Shown here: positions 39,770-50,386 of the stretch, one piece after another
How the letters are laid out: each line of letters opens with the position of its first letter
Numbering within the stretch: the first letter of the stretch is position 1
NCBI GenBank assembly: GCA_963820525.1
Contig: CAWGAA010000001.1
Coordinates: 896,001-960,000 of the forward strand
Reading direction: 5' to 3'
Length of the DNA: 64,000 nucleotides
DNA from: an uncultured Spirochaetota bacterium
Lineage (GTDB): Bacteria > Spirochaetota > Spirochaetia > SZUA-6 > Fen-1364
Program-made: the position numbers and the translations under genes
Notes under the pieces: model-generated
Seen by the model: the letters and a program-made list of their open reading frames with translations, nothing else
What the model was told of the DNA's origin: nothing
Databases searched by the model: none

Positions 39770-41326
39770 TTGATGCCCTTCAAGCTTACGCGCGGAACTT
39801 TCGTGAGCGCCACGGCGATACTTATTTACATCTCAGTTGTCGAGCTCCTGGCTCATCTGCTGACCGCGAACAACTACGGGTACTTCATCGATGAGCTGTA
39901 CACGATCGCCTGCGGAAAACACCTCGCATTCGGCTACGTCGACATTCCGCCGCTCGTCCCCGCCCTCTCCCGACTGAGCGGCCTTCTGCTGGGCTACTCG
40001 CTGTTCGCCGTGCATGTCCTGCCGGCTCTCGCAGGAGGCCTCACCGTCTTCATGGCGGGTCTGGTGGCGCGCAGGCTCGGCGGGGGGAGGTTTGCCCAGG
40101 CCCTGACGGGCATCCTCGTGGCCCTCGGGCCGATGTGGCTCATCTTCAATTCCTGGATCGCGTATGACGGCATCGATCAGCTGGTAATGGTGACGTTTTT
40201 CACCGTCGTGCTGGGCCTGCTGAGGCAGGACAAGCCGATGCTCAGGGAATGGATCCTCTTCGGAGTGGTTGCGGGAATCGGCCTCATGACCAAGGGCTCC
40301 ATGCTGTTCTACGGCTTCGCCTTTCTGCTGGGCATGCTCCTGACCGACAGGCGCAGGAATTTCACGCAGGGGGGGCTGTGGATAGGAGGCGCGATTGCCC
40401 TTGCGATCTTCACGCCGTATATCGTCTGGCAATATCTTCACGGCTGGCCGGTGATCGAGTACTGGGGAATGTACGGGAGATTCAGGACGTACCACGCAAG
40501 CCCGCTGGAGTTCCTGATCATGCAGATCATCACCGTGAACCCCCTCACCCTGCCCCTGTGGGCGGCGGGGCTGTTTTTCTTTTTCTCGAAGTCCGGCAGG
40601 CAGTACCGGACCATCGGCTGGATGTTCCCCATCCTCTTCGTCATCTTCGCGGCAGTCAATGCCAAGTTCTACATGCTGACCGCCGCTTTCATTCCGCTGT
40701 TAGCCGCAGGGGCGGTGCAGCTTGAGAGATTCACAAGCTCTCTCCCCCGCAGGTGGCTCCGGCCGGCATACACGGCAACCGTCGCCCTCCTTGCCATCAT
40801 CTTCCTGCCCATCGCGCTCCCGATCCTTCCCGTGCGGTCCCTTGTCGCTTACATCAAGGGAGCATCCTTCATCATGGGCGCGGTCAAGACTGACAACGCG
40901 CAGACCATTGAATTGCCGCAATTCATCGCCGACCGCTTCGGGTGGGATACCATGGTGAAGGCGGTGGCCGAGGTCTACAACGGCCTGACACCGGCGGAAC
41001 AAGAGGAATGCGTCATCGTCGCGGGAAGCTACGGGCCGGCTGGGGCGATAGATCTCCTGGGTCCGGCATACGGCCTTCCCAATGCATCGAGCGGTCATCT
41101 CAGCTACTTCTTCTGGGGACCGGGGAAAAAGAGCGGCAGGGTCGCCATCGGCGTGCAGATGTCCCGGAGCGATTTGCTTCGCTACTTCACGGAGGTAGAG
41201 CAGAAGGCGATCGTACGCAGCGACTATGCGATGCCCTACAACACCAACATGCCGGTCTGGGTCTGCCGAGGCGCGCGTTTCGAATCGATCGCGGATGTCT
41301 GGCCGCAGGCAAAGCACTTCGATTAG
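39770..41326 (+). CDS. GT-C fold (GT39/ArnT-like) membrane glycosyltransferase
   Basis: YGYFIDELY..CGKHLAFGYVDIPPL, multi-TM, DRFGW and YG.AGAID motifs. Confidence 0.85.
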   Translation: MMPFKLTRGTFVSATAILIYISVVELLAHLLTANNYGYFIDELYTIACGKHLAFGYVDIPPLVPALSRLSGLLLGYSLFAVHVLPALAGGLTVFMAGLVARRLGGGRFAQALTGILVALGPMWLIFNSWIAYDGIDQLVMVTFFTVVLGLLRQDKPMLREWILFGVVAGIGLMTKGSMLFYGFAFLLGMLLTDRRRNFTQGGLWIGGAIALAIFTPYIVWQYLHGWPVIEYWGMYGRFRTYHASPLEFLIMQIITVNPLTLPLWAAGLFFFFSKSGRQYRTIGWMFPILFVIFAAVNAKFYMLTAAFIPLLAAGAVQLERFTSSLPRRWLRPAYTATVALLAIIFLPIALPILPVRSLVAYIKGASFIMGAVKTDNAQTIELPQFIADRFGWDTMVKAVAEVYNGLTPAEQEECVIVAGSYGPAGAIDLLGPAYGLPNASSGHLSYFFWGPGKKSGRVAIGVQMSRSDLLRYFTEVEQKAIVRSDYAMPYNTNMPVWVCRGARFESIADVWPQAKHFD

Positions 41327-41487
41327 GCCAGGCCCGGAGCGCTCACCCGGCGCCGGATTTGCCGGCCAGGTTCGTTTAGTACACAAAAAAGCCTTTCCGT
41401 CTAAAGACTGCAGGCTGCTTCGCGGATAGGATCAGACGGATTCGATTGTACACGGCGCGGAATACAACTTAGGCAGAGAGGTTCATC

Positions 41488-42968
41488 ATGCAGAATCTCG
41501 AGCAAAAAGGAAACCCATTATCCGTCGTATCGCCCTTCGCTTTGCTTGTTATCATCTCGGCTGCTGTCAAGCTCATCATTCACATTCTTACCGCTTCGAA
41601 TTACGGCTATTTCTGCGACGAGCTCTACGCCATCGCAATGAGCAAGCACCTGGCTTTCGGCTATGTCGACCTGCCGCCGCTTGCGCCCGCCCTGATCGCA
41701 TTAAGCCGCCTGCTATTCGGGGAGTCGCTCTTTGCAATCCATATCTTTCCGGCGTTGGCCGGGTCCGCAACCCTTGTCTTTGTCTGCCTTATCACACGGG
41801 AGCTCGGCGGCAAGCTGTTCGCAACCGGCCTGAGCGCGCTTGCATTCATCATAACCCCCTTCTGGCTCATCATGAATTCCTTTTTCGGCTACGACAGCAT
41901 CGACCAGCTCGTTCTGGCGATATTCCTCTTTGCGCTGGTACGGCTTATTCGGACCGAAAACAGGAAGCTCTGGATAGCCTTGGGCCTGATCGGGGGCATC
42001 GCATGCCTGACGAAAACGACAATTCTGTTTCTCGGGCCAGGTTTTATAATCGCATTGCTTTTTTCGAAGCTCCGAAAACATCTGCTCTCGCCCTGGCCCT
42101 GGCTGGCTTTGGGAACATTCCTGGTCGTCTCTATCGCGCATCAGTCCCGCAATATTTGCTCAACATCTTCATGACAATGAACCCGATTCTCTTTCCCCTG
42201 CTTCTCATTGGACTGTACCGAATCTTCAGACCCATTGGCGACAGGAATTACGGCTTCTTTGGCATCATGTTCCTGACAACGCTGGTTTTCCTGTTCTCCT
42301 TGAAGGCCAAATGCTTCATGCTCATGGAGCTTTTTATGCCCATTATCGCCGTGGGGTCGGTGTTTGTCGAAGACAAGCTTTCCGGATCGGGCTGGAAGAA
42401 AACGATGAGAATCGCCGCTCTTTCATGCCTCCTGGCCGCAGGCGTCATAGTCGCGCCTTCAGCCTTGCCTATGCTGCCGCCGAACCTTTTGACATCGTAT
42501 GCCAATGTATTCGGGTTCCTCTACAAGTCCGTCAAGAACGACAGCCATCCCAAGACCGACTTTCCCCAGGAGTTCGCGAACAGGTTCGGCTGGGATAATC
42601 TGGTCAGGACCGTTGCCGGGGTATATGACGGACTCCCCCAGGGAGAAAAAGAAAAATGCGGGATTTGGGCGGATTGGTTCGGCCCTGCGGGAGCCATTGA
42701 CTTGTTCGGCCCTCGCTACGGGCTTCCCCATGCGGTGAGCGGGAACTTGACCTATTATCTGTGGGGGCCGGGAAAATCATGGGATGTGATGATATTCGTC
42801 ACCAGCGCCCCTACCGTATTCATACCTTACTTTCAAGACGTACAATACGCAACGACCGTGGTGAGCGAATATACGATGCCCTATAATACGAACCTTCCGG
42901 TCTATGTGATGCGGAAACCAAGAATGTCTGCGGACAAAATATGGCCGAGATTGAAATATTATAATTGA
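41488..42968 (+). pseudogene. Second GT-C paralogue with a ~25-codon deletion and frameshift at ~42130
   Basis: Both halves align with 39770-41326; the segment PYIVWQ...RFRT of copy 1 is absent at the frame junction. Confidence 0.75.
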
Positions 42969-43375
42969 AGGAGGCGCTCACTTTGTCTGTTCGTTGGGCG
43001 GCCCCGATAGCAGGTCAGATTGCGAAGTTCATCCTGGTGGGGGTGGCGAACACGCTCCTCACCCTCGGGACGATCTTTCTCCTGTCCGGCGTGGCCCACG
43101 CCGACTACCGGCTCGCCAACGGTGTCGGCTACATCATTGGGCTCATGAACTCGTTCCTTCTCAACCGGTGGTGGACTTTCAAGAGCCGCGGCGCCGTGCC
43201 CCTCCAGATGGCGAAGTTCTTTTTGGTGTTCGGCTTCTGCTACGCCGTTCAATTCGGTATGCTCGTGCTGATGGTCGATCGGCTTGCCGTAAGCTCCGCA
43301 CTTTCGCAGGTCGCGGCGATGGCGGTGTACACCTCCATCAGTTATCTGCTCAACAAGCATATCGTATACAGGTGA
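42965..43375 (+). CDS. GtrA family protein (small Und-P-sugar flippase)
   Basis: KFILVGVANT and NSFLLNRWWTF motifs; four TM segments. Confidence 0.88.
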   Translation: MKEALTLSVRWAAPIAGQIAKFILVGVANTLLTLGTIFLLSGVAHADYRLANGVGYIIGLMNSFLLNRWWTFKSRGAVPLQMAKFFLVFGFCYAVQFGMLVLMVDRLAVSSALSQVAAMAVYTSISYLLNKHIVYR

Positions 43376-43381
43376 TCGGAC

Positions 43382-44368
43382 ATGAGAAAACTGAGCGTCA
43401 TTATTCCGTGCTACGATGAAGAGTCGGTGATCTCAGAGACATACAAAAGGCTGTCCACGGTTTTCCAAGAAAGACCCTACCCCGTGGAGCTGATCTTTAT
43501 CGATGATGGAAGCAGAGACCGGACACCGAGCATTCTCAAAGAGATAGCGGGAAAAGACCCGACGGTCCGCATCGTCTGCTTTTCCAGGAATTTCGGACAC
43601 CAGGCTGCCGTCGCGGCGGGACTTCGTTACTGCGCCGGAACGGAAGCCGCAGTTATCGACGCCGATCTGCAGGATCCTCCGGAAGCAATCCCCAAGATGC
43701 TGGAGCTCATGGACAGGGAATGCTGCAATGTCGTCTATGGGCAGAGAATCCAGCGAAAGGGCGAGGGATTACTGAAAAGGCTGACGGCGCGCGCGTACTA
43801 CAAGACTTTGAACTTTTTCTCCGATGTCAAGTTTCCCCTGGACACGGGAGACTTTCGCATCATGGACCGGAAAGTGATCGACGTGCTCAACGGCATGCCG
43901 GAGAGGAACAAGTACATACGTGGCCTGATCGGATGGATCGGCTTCAAGCAGGCCCCGTACAAGTATGTCAGAGACCCCAGATTTGCGGGTGCAACAAAGT
44001 ATTCTGTGGCCAAGATGATCAAGCTTGCAAAGGACGGGCTGTTCTCGTTTTCGCGCAAGCCGCTTCGGCTTGCGGTGCGGCTGGGACTGCTCAGCGTGCT
44101 GGTCGCGCTGTCCCTCGCGGTCTGGGCAATCGTCAGAAGGCTGCTTTCCGTTGAAGAAACAATTCCGGGGTGGGCTTCCACGGTAGCGATCGTCGTATTC
44201 CTGGGCGGCGTGCAACTGCTGTCCATTGGCGTTCTGGGCGAATATATCGGAAGCATATTCGACGAGAGCAAGCGCCGCCCCGACTATGTCGTTTCAGAAC
44301 TGGTGAACATGGACCGGGAGGAATGTCGATCCCCGTCAAAGGACGTCAAGAGCCGACGCGCCCATTGA
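43382..44368 (+). CDS. GT2 polyprenol-phosphate glycosyltransferase (GtrB/YkcC-like)
   Basis: IDDGSRD, FSRNFGHQAA, IDADLQDPP and DTGDFR motifs; two C-terminal TMs. Confidence 0.92.
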   Translation: MRKLSVIIPCYDEESVISETYKRLSTVFQERPYPVELIFIDDGSRDRTPSILKEIAGKDPTVRIVCFSRNFGHQAAVAAGLRYCAGTEAAVIDADLQDPPEAIPKMLELMDRECCNVVYGQRIQRKGEGLLKRLTARAYYKTLNFFSDVKFPLDTGDFRIMDRKVIDVLNGMPERNKYIRGLIGWIGFKQAPYKYVRDPRFAGATKYSVAKMIKLAKDGLFSFSRKPLRLAVRLGLLSVLVALSLAVWAIVRRLLSVEETIPGWASTVAIVVFLGGVQLLSIGVLGEYIGSIFDESKRRPDYVVSELVNMDREECRSPSKDVKSRRAH

Positions 44369-47300
44369 GCGCAAAGCGCAGGTACGGCACGACCGCGTCG
44401 TTTCTGTACTGGCCGGTTCCGTCATAGGTGATGCTCACCACGGGCACGCCCGTCAATCTTTCGATGTCGGATGCCATTGCCTCCGTGACCAGGGACGGGC
44501 AGCAGAACGCGGGGCTTGCCTGCACGAAAAGGGCCAGATCCGGGTGCGAAGCGGCGAGATACAAGACCTTCAATAAATTATCCAGCGATTCCCCCGCGTG
44601 CTCGTCGCGAACGCCGAACTTCCTCAGCATCCGCTCTTCTCCGCGAGGACCCACGGCGTGTTCTTCACCCAACAAACCCCGAAAGCGCGCCCGATAGCCG
44701 CGGCTCAAGGCTGTGGCTGCCACCCAGAGCGCCCTGTACTTGACCAGGTCCACGAACTTGCGCTCCTTGCGCCACCTGCGCAAGTAGGACCCCAGGACAA
44801 TAGCTATATATTCCGTGTACGGAGTCGTGAGCGCCTCTCCGCCCGCCTCTTCGATGGCGCGAATGAGGTCCTGATTCATCACGTCGTTATCCCGCACGTA
44901 CAAGTCGCCGAAGATGGCCGCCTTTGGCCGGGGCTTCGCATCCAGCGGGATATCCGCGAACAAAGCGACAACGGCATCGAGCGCATCACGGCGGGACGCG
45001 GCGCCCTCGAACGCGGGCACGAGGATCTCCAAGGCCCGGCGGGCCGCGCGATCGGCAGCCCCGCGCTCCCGCTCATAGGGGCGGATCCGGCAGCAGACCC
45101 GGCGCAGCAATCCGCCCACGAGGTAAGCGCGGTAGGCGTTCAGCGTGGCGCGGGCCGAGATTTCGATGTGGGATATATCCCCGGTGTAGACCTCGGCCTT
45201 CTCCATGCCCCCTCCGTGTGCCTCGAGGAGGCTCTTGATGAAGAACGGAAACATCCCCAGGTTGCAGGAGATGCCGGATCGGATCATCCAAAGCGCGGTC
45301 CTGGACGGGTCCAGAGCGTGCGTCTCGATATAATCCATGAACTCCTGCGCGATGATGTTCAAGGGAAGGCACTGACCGGTATTGTGGCGCATGGCTTTGC
45401 GGATGACCACGGGGTCCTCGCTCAAGGCGTGCGCGTCGATACCCTCGCGTCTCAGGTTCGCGGCGAGCAGCGGGGCAACCATGGGGTCCCACGTGGGCAG
45501 GAGAAGTGTCTTGCCCGTAAGCGCCGTGCCGACGCGCGGTACGATGGGAAGGGCCCTTGGCTGCTCTTTACCCGGCCCGCCCGCGCGGGGCTGCATGGAG
45601 CCGTGGAGATGGCTGCGGAACGAGGCGACTCCGGCCTCGATCCTGGTCCGGTAGCCCACCGTGGAATCGTGGTCGTCGAGCTGGAGCACCAGGTAGGGCT
45701 TGCCGCAGGAATCAAGGATACGCTTGAAGTACTCCAAGGCGAAGCTGTCGGGCGAGCACTTGAACGACGTGACGTACACCGGATAGAGGCCGGGTGTCTT
45801 TGCGGCAACCGCGGCCGCCTCGAGAGCCCGCGCAGCGTAATACCATTGAAAGGCACCCAACAGGGGCGCGATGTCGGCCACGTCAGCCCATGTGTAGGTA
45901 AGCATGTCCTGGGAGAACGCCTTTATCCCCAGAGAGCCGAAGATCTCCGCGATGCCCTTGCCCGCTTCCGGAGAGAGGATCGTGTATGGCCGTCCGATTA
46001 AAAGCGCGCGGGGCTCGCCGTCCGGCTTCATCTCCTCAAAGAACCGCTGCCGCAAATGCCGGATGCTTCTATGATGGTATTCGAGGGCATCCTCGAAAGC
46101 GCGCGATACATCCCCATAGGTCAGGCGGGAGGGATGGATTGCGGAAAGCGCCTGGAAGAGCTCCCGCTTCGTGCGGCCTTTCCCTTTCGTGAAGCTCACC
46201 AGCGGAGAGATGCACCGCTCTCGCACATCTCCGTCTTCGATGCCTGAAGCCAGCGCCGCCGAGAACTGGGTGTAGTAGCAATAGGAGCGCAGCGCCTTGG
46301 ATCCGCGGTCTTTTTCTTCAATGGCCACTGGCAGGAAGACGAAGTCCGCCTTGGTCATGAGATGTCTCACGTGCCCGTGCAGGGCGGCGAGCGGCGCGCA
46401 GAACTCCGCGCCCTGCACTTCCCGCCCGCGCTCGATGCCTTGGGAGAACCCCTCGGAGGTGATGAAGGGAATTGAAAGAGAAGAGAAAAAGCGCTTCCAC
46501 AACGCAAGATGCTCGTACAGGCTGAGTGCCGCGGGAATGCCGATGACGGGGCCGCTGAATGCGCGGCCATTTGGTGCGGGGCCGTCGGGAGCGCGGGCTT
46601 TTGCGGGGCCGCTCGGTCCGCGGCCACGTTCTGCGCCGCTGCTGTCCGTGCGGCCTCCGCGAATATGGCCGCGTGCGGCCTGACCGGGTGCGGCAGCCGC
46701 CGCGGTAAATGCTCTTTTCCTCTCCTTTTGAAGATCGAAGCCGCTTACGTTGCCGTCCACGTAGCGTTCTGAGTCGTAATCCCGGCCGCAGAGAAATCCA
46801 TATGCCACGGTCTGTCCATCCACCGTCGCGATGCTCAGGCGGCAATGATTGGCGCACAAGCTGCAGGTCTCCGCGCGCAGCGGAATGTCGTCCCGAAGGG
46901 CTTTCAAGCCGCGGAACCTGGAAGACACAAGGCCTTGCTCGCGGAGGAGCAGAGCGGCGCCGATGGCGCCGGTCAGGTGGCAGTAGCGGGAAACCGACAC
47001 CGGCTTGCCCAGTCCCTGGCGGAACGCCGCGACGAGCGCCCTGTTGCGCGCCGTGGCTCCCTGGAAGCAGATCCGCCGCCCGATCGTGGCTCCCCGTGCC
47101 ACTTTCTGCATATAGTTTTCGCGAACGCTGAAAAGGGCCGCGGCCAGGATCTCTTCGGCAGAGAATCCCTGCCCGAGAAAGTTGTTGATGTCCCTCTCCA
47201 TGAAGACGGCACACCTGTCGCTGGCCAGGGGCGCTCTTACCCCCCTGACCCTCTCGGCATACGCGTCCAGATCGCATTCCAGCCGCGCAGCCTGCTCCTC

Positions 47301-48761
47301 CAGGAAGCTGCCGGTGCCGGCGGCGCAGACCGTGTTCATGTGGGAGAAGGTCACCATGCCGTCCTTCATGGTCGTGAACTTCGCGTCCTGCCCCCCGATC
47401 TCAATGATCGTGTCCACCAGCGGATCCAGCGCGTACGCCGCCTTGGCGTGCGCGGTGATCTCGTTCACGATGAGGTCGGCCCCGACAATCGAGCCGATGA
47501 ACGATCTGCCGGCTCCCGTGGCAGCCACGCCGAGAAAGCTCAAAGGTTGCCCCTCATGCGTTTCGAAGTCTGCAATCGCCTCCGAGATGGCCTGGACCGC
47601 GCTCAGAGGCGAGCCAAGCGTTCGGGTGTAGAACCCGGCCAGAGGCTCTTCAGCCCGGTCCATGAGCACGGCCTTCGTGCTTGTGGAGCCGATGTCGATT
47701 CCCAAGAAGACGCCTGAGTCCCCTGGGGCCATGACGCGATACACGTCCACTTCTATGGGATGAATGCGGGAAAACCTCCCGGACTGGAAAACAAAGCGCC
47801 GTTCGCCGTCGGAGCCCTGCATGTCCGCATTGTCCAGATCCAGCGGGGCGAAGAAGTACTGCTTTCCGCCCTCCTGAGGCAGCAGCAGCTCCTTCGGGGA
47901 TACGGCTCCAAGCTCGATCGGCTCGGCACAACCATCTTCCAGCAGATTGAGGCAGGCGCCGATGGCGCCGAACACGGGCGCAAGCTCGTGGGTGACAACG
48001 CGTACGCCGAGGATCTCTTCCAGGTGCGCGAGCACGGCGCCGTTGCGCGAAACCCCTCCGGCGAACACGACGGGCTCCCGCGGAGCCTCTCCGCCGAGGA
48101 GGGTATCAGCGATGTTCTGTGCAAGTCCCCTGCACAATCCCGCGCAGATCTCTTCTATAGAATAGCCGGACTGCTGGGCATGAACGAGATCGGTGCGGGC
48201 AAAGACCGCGCATCGGGTCGATATCTTGGGTGGAGTGCCGGAGCAGCCGAGCGCCGCTTTGCACAGCTCCGCCGTCCCCGGGAATCCGAGACGACGCGCC
48301 TGCTGGTCAAGGAAACTGCCCGTCCCCGCCGCGCAGGACGTGTTGGATCTGGTTCCGCGATACCTTCCCTGCCCGTCGAACCTTATGAGCCCGAACTTCT
48401 CTCCGCCCACGAAAAGTATCGATCCCGGCTGCCCCAGGAGCTTCCGAACGGACGAGATGAGACAGATCTGCGGATCGAAAGACCGGACCAAAGGGATCAG
48501 CCGGGGACCCGATGAGGTGCACGCGACTGCAGAGCGGATAGGGCCGAGCTCTGAAATGACGGATGCCAGTGTCTCGGCCACCCGCCCCCGGTGCGGTAGG
48601 TGCGCGGTGCGCAGAACCTCTTTCTCGCTGTTCATGAGCGCGCATGAGATGGAGACCGAACCGATGTCTAGCCCAAGCGCGAGGAGGCTCGTCAAGCCGG
48701 CGGATTTCAGCTCCGGCTGATCGACCCGCACTGCCTTAGGGTCTGAGGTGGCATAGCTCAC
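44346..48761 (-). CDS. Acyl-CoA dehydratase activase fusion (two ASKHA ATPase domains plus DUF2229-type C-terminal region), 1471 aa
   Basis: GLDIGSVS and GIDIGSTSTK, two CAAGTGSFL, RCAVF and IEIGGQDAK motifs; EFCAP, TSFKCSPD and GQCLP downstream. Confidence 0.88.
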   Translation of the reverse strand: MSYATSDPKAVRVDQPELKSAGLTSLLALGLDIGSVSISCALMNSEKEVLRTAHLPHRGRVAETLASVISELGPIRSAVACTSSGPRLIPLVRSFDPQICLISSVRKLLGQPGSILFVGGEKFGLIRFDGQGRYRGTRSNTSCAAGTGSFLDQQARRLGFPGTAELCKAALGCSGTPPKISTRCAVFARTDLVHAQQSGYSIEEICAGLCRGLAQNIADTLLGGEAPREPVVFAGGVSRNGAVLAHLEEILGVRVVTHELAPVFGAIGACLNLLEDGCAEPIELGAVSPKELLLPQEGGKQYFFAPLDLDNADMQGSDGERRFVFQSGRFSRIHPIEVDVYRVMAPGDSGVFLGIDIGSTSTKAVLMDRAEEPLAGFYTRTLGSPLSAVQAISEAIADFETHEGQPLSFLGVAATGAGRSFIGSIVGADLIVNEITAHAKAAYALDPLVDTIIEIGGQDAKFTTMKDGMVTFSHMNTVCAAGTGSFLEEQAARLECDLDAYAERVRGVRAPLASDRCAVFMERDINNFLGQGFSAEEILAAALFSVRENYMQKVARGATIGRRICFQGATARNRALVAAFRQGLGKPVSVSRYCHLTGAIGAALLLREQGLVSSRFRGLKALRDDIPLRAETCSLCANHCRLSIATVDGQTVAYGFLCGRDYDSERYVDGNVSGFDLQKERKRAFTAAAAAPGQAARGHIRGGRTDSSGAERGRGPSGPAKARAPDGPAPNGRAFSGPVIGIPAALSLYEHLALWKRFFSSLSIPFITSEGFSQGIERGREVQGAEFCAPLAALHGHVRHLMTKADFVFLPVAIEEKDRGSKALRSYCYYTQFSAALASGIEDGDVRERCISPLVSFTKGKGRTKRELFQALSAIHPSRLTYGDVSRAFEDALEYHHRSIRHLRQRFFEEMKPDGEPRALLIGRPYTILSPEAGKGIAEIFGSLGIKAFSQDMLTYTWADVADIAPLLGAFQWYYAARALEAAAVAAKTPGLYPVYVTSFKCSPDSFALEYFKRILDSCGKPYLVLQLDDHDSTVGYRTRIEAGVASFRSHLHGSMQPRAGGPGKEQPRALPIVPRVGTALTGKTLLLPTWDPMVAPLLAANLRREGIDAHALSEDPVVIRKAMRHNTGQCLPLNIIAQEFMDYIETHALDPSRTALWMIRSGISCNLGMFPFFIKSLLEAHGGGMEKAEVYTGDISHIEISARATLNAYRAYLVGGLLRRVCCRIRPYERERGAADRAARRALEILVPAFEGAASRRDALDAVVALFADIPLDAKPRPKAAIFGDLYVRDNDVMNQDLIRAIEEAGGEALTTPYTEYIAIVLGSYLRRWRKERKFVDLVKYRALWVAATALSRGYRARFRGLLGEEHAVGPRGEERMLRKFGVRDEHAGESLDNLLKVLYLAASHPDLALFVQASPAFCCPSLVTEAMASDIERLTGVPVVSITYDGTGQYRNDAVVPYLRFALNGRVGS

Positions 48762-48821
48762 GTCTGTCGACCGCCTTCAGATAAGTGTAGCGAGATCCGT
48801 CGGCCCCGGCTACCATTCGTC

Positions 48822-49030
48822 TCAGCGTATGATGCGTATGCGGTATCCCACGCCGGGCTCGGTCATGAGGATTTCCGGCCGGGAGGGGTCGCATTCGATC
48901 TTCTTGCGCAGGCTGCCGACATAGACCCGCAGGTAGTGGCTTTCTTCCTCCATGTTGGGCCCCCCACACTTCCCGCAGAATCTGGCGGTGAGTGACGATC
49001 TTGCCGGCGTGCTGGACAAGCAGCCCAAGG
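48822..49030 (-). pseudogene. C-terminal remnant of a KdpE/OmpR-type response regulator
   Basis: LLVQHAGKIVTHRQILREVWG / PNMEEESHYLRVYVGSLRKKIECDPSRP.I.TEPGVGYR with a frameshift in the run at 48960-48965; receiver domain absent. Confidence 0.8.
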
Positions 49031-49064
49031 GAGTCATGGGGCCACGCCGAATCCCCGACAGATA

Positions 49065-50141
49065 TCAATTCCCGCTGACTTTCAGACCTGGGCCCGGCCA
49101 GACCAGTTGAATCCCCCGGAGTACGGTGTTCAGGAACTCGACACGGCCCCGCGCTTTTCCCGCTCCTGTCACGAGCAGGGACAGGAAGTTATCGAAGATG
49201 AAGCTGTCCTCGACGCGAATATCGATGTCAGGTGAGCTCTGGTCCAGCGAATGCAGATTGACCAGGACACCGGCCCCGGCATTGGCACGAATGATGCAGT
49301 TTTTCAGCGTGCACCGAAGGATTCTCTCGTCGGCGTAGTTCGGCTCGAAATCGATCCCGGCGCTCGGCAGCGTGCCTTCCGTGAATGACATTTCCACGTT
49401 CTCGATGCGCAGGTCCTGCGCGGAGATAACGCTGATCCCCTGCCGGTGATGATTCTTCAGGAGAAGATCTTTCAGGATGACATCACTGTTGTAGGATTGA
49501 AGGCTCCCGCGCCCGAGATACACTCCGTCGCCCCCGGAGGCATCGACACTGAGCCCGAGCACGGAGACGCGCGCGCACCCGTAGAGCTCAATCGCGTGTC
49601 TCCACTCCGATTTTTCGTACGGCGCTTTGCGGTAGTCGTCCTTGCGCATCGCAAGCCGCGCGCCATAGCCGTAGAGAGCGACATCCTCAGCGTCTTTCAG
49701 GCCAAGCAGGGAATCATCCCCGCGCCGAAACGCGCCGCTTTTTGCAAGTATTTCAGCTCCCTCCTGCAGGATGATCGTGGTGTGACTGCGAAGCGACAAC
49801 GGCTGCGTGATCCATGGCTTACCCATATCGGGGATGAGGATGACCCTCGCGCCGGAATCGAGGCAGGCCTGGAGGCTCGATGTCGAATCATCCTCCTTGA
49901 AGCTCCACCAGGCCGCGCTCACGCTGTCCCTCAGGCCTGCACGGAAATCCGCGGCAGCTTGAGCGTCGCTTCTGACATCGGTTCCCGTAAAATTGTCCTG
50001 GACAAGCTGACGCTGCAGTTGGAGGCCCGGGGGGTCCGGCCTCTCCACTTTCGGGGCAACCGAGCCGCAGCTTGAAAAAAGAAGCGAACACACAATCGAG
50101 ATGAGAAAAAAAATCGTTGCTTTGGGTGGCGCTGCCGGCAT
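49065..50141 (-). CDS. Right-handed beta-helix (pectin-lyase-like) protein, predicted lipoprotein
   Basis: LFSSC lipobox; DDSTSSLQACLD, SGGDGVYLG, RQGISVIS and AGIDFEPN motifs; start uncertain. Confidence 0.78.
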   Translation of the reverse strand: MPAAPPKATIFFLISIVCSLLFSSCGSVAPKVERPDPPGLQLQRQLVQDNFTGTDVRSDAQAAADFRAGLRDSVSAAWWSFKEDDSTSSLQACLDSGARVILIPDMGKPWITQPLSLRSHTTIILQEGAEILAKSGAFRRGDDSLLGLKDAEDVALYGYGARLAMRKDDYRKAPYEKSEWRHAIELYGCARVSVLGLSVDASGGDGVYLGRGSLQSYNSDVILKDLLLKNHHRQGISVISAQDLRIENVEMSFTEGTLPSAGIDFEPNYADERILRCTLKNCIIRANAGAGVLVNLHSLDQSSPDIDIRVEDSFIFDNFLSLLVTGAGKARGRVEFLNTVLRGIQLVWPGPGLKVSGN

Positions 50142-50386
50142 CTTCCTGATCCACGGCTGGATTTCGTGCTCGCTGTACGGCAGCGATTTCATGCACGATT
50201 CGTTTAGCCAGGGGGACATTCCTCCATATTGGAATGCGAGTCAAGAGCACAATGCCGCTGTCGTCCTTTCCCGGTGCATGGCCTCCCTCGGGCGGGTTCC
50301 GGATCTTGGCCCCTCTTTTTTACGGCGCCCTCCTGTACATGCAGCTGCTTTTTTATATCAGGCTGCCGCGTCAACGGTGTGAAGTC

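Noticed and set aside
46540..46700. Ala/Gly/Pro/Arg-rich stretch in the CoA activase
   Set aside because: In-frame interdomain linker with no repeat, intein or insertion hallmarks.
26200..48700. Many long overlapping or antisense ORFs (e.g. 26502-27548, 30250-31323, 44598-46001)
   Set aside because: Stop-poor shadows of well-supported genes with high GC3; no independent motifs.
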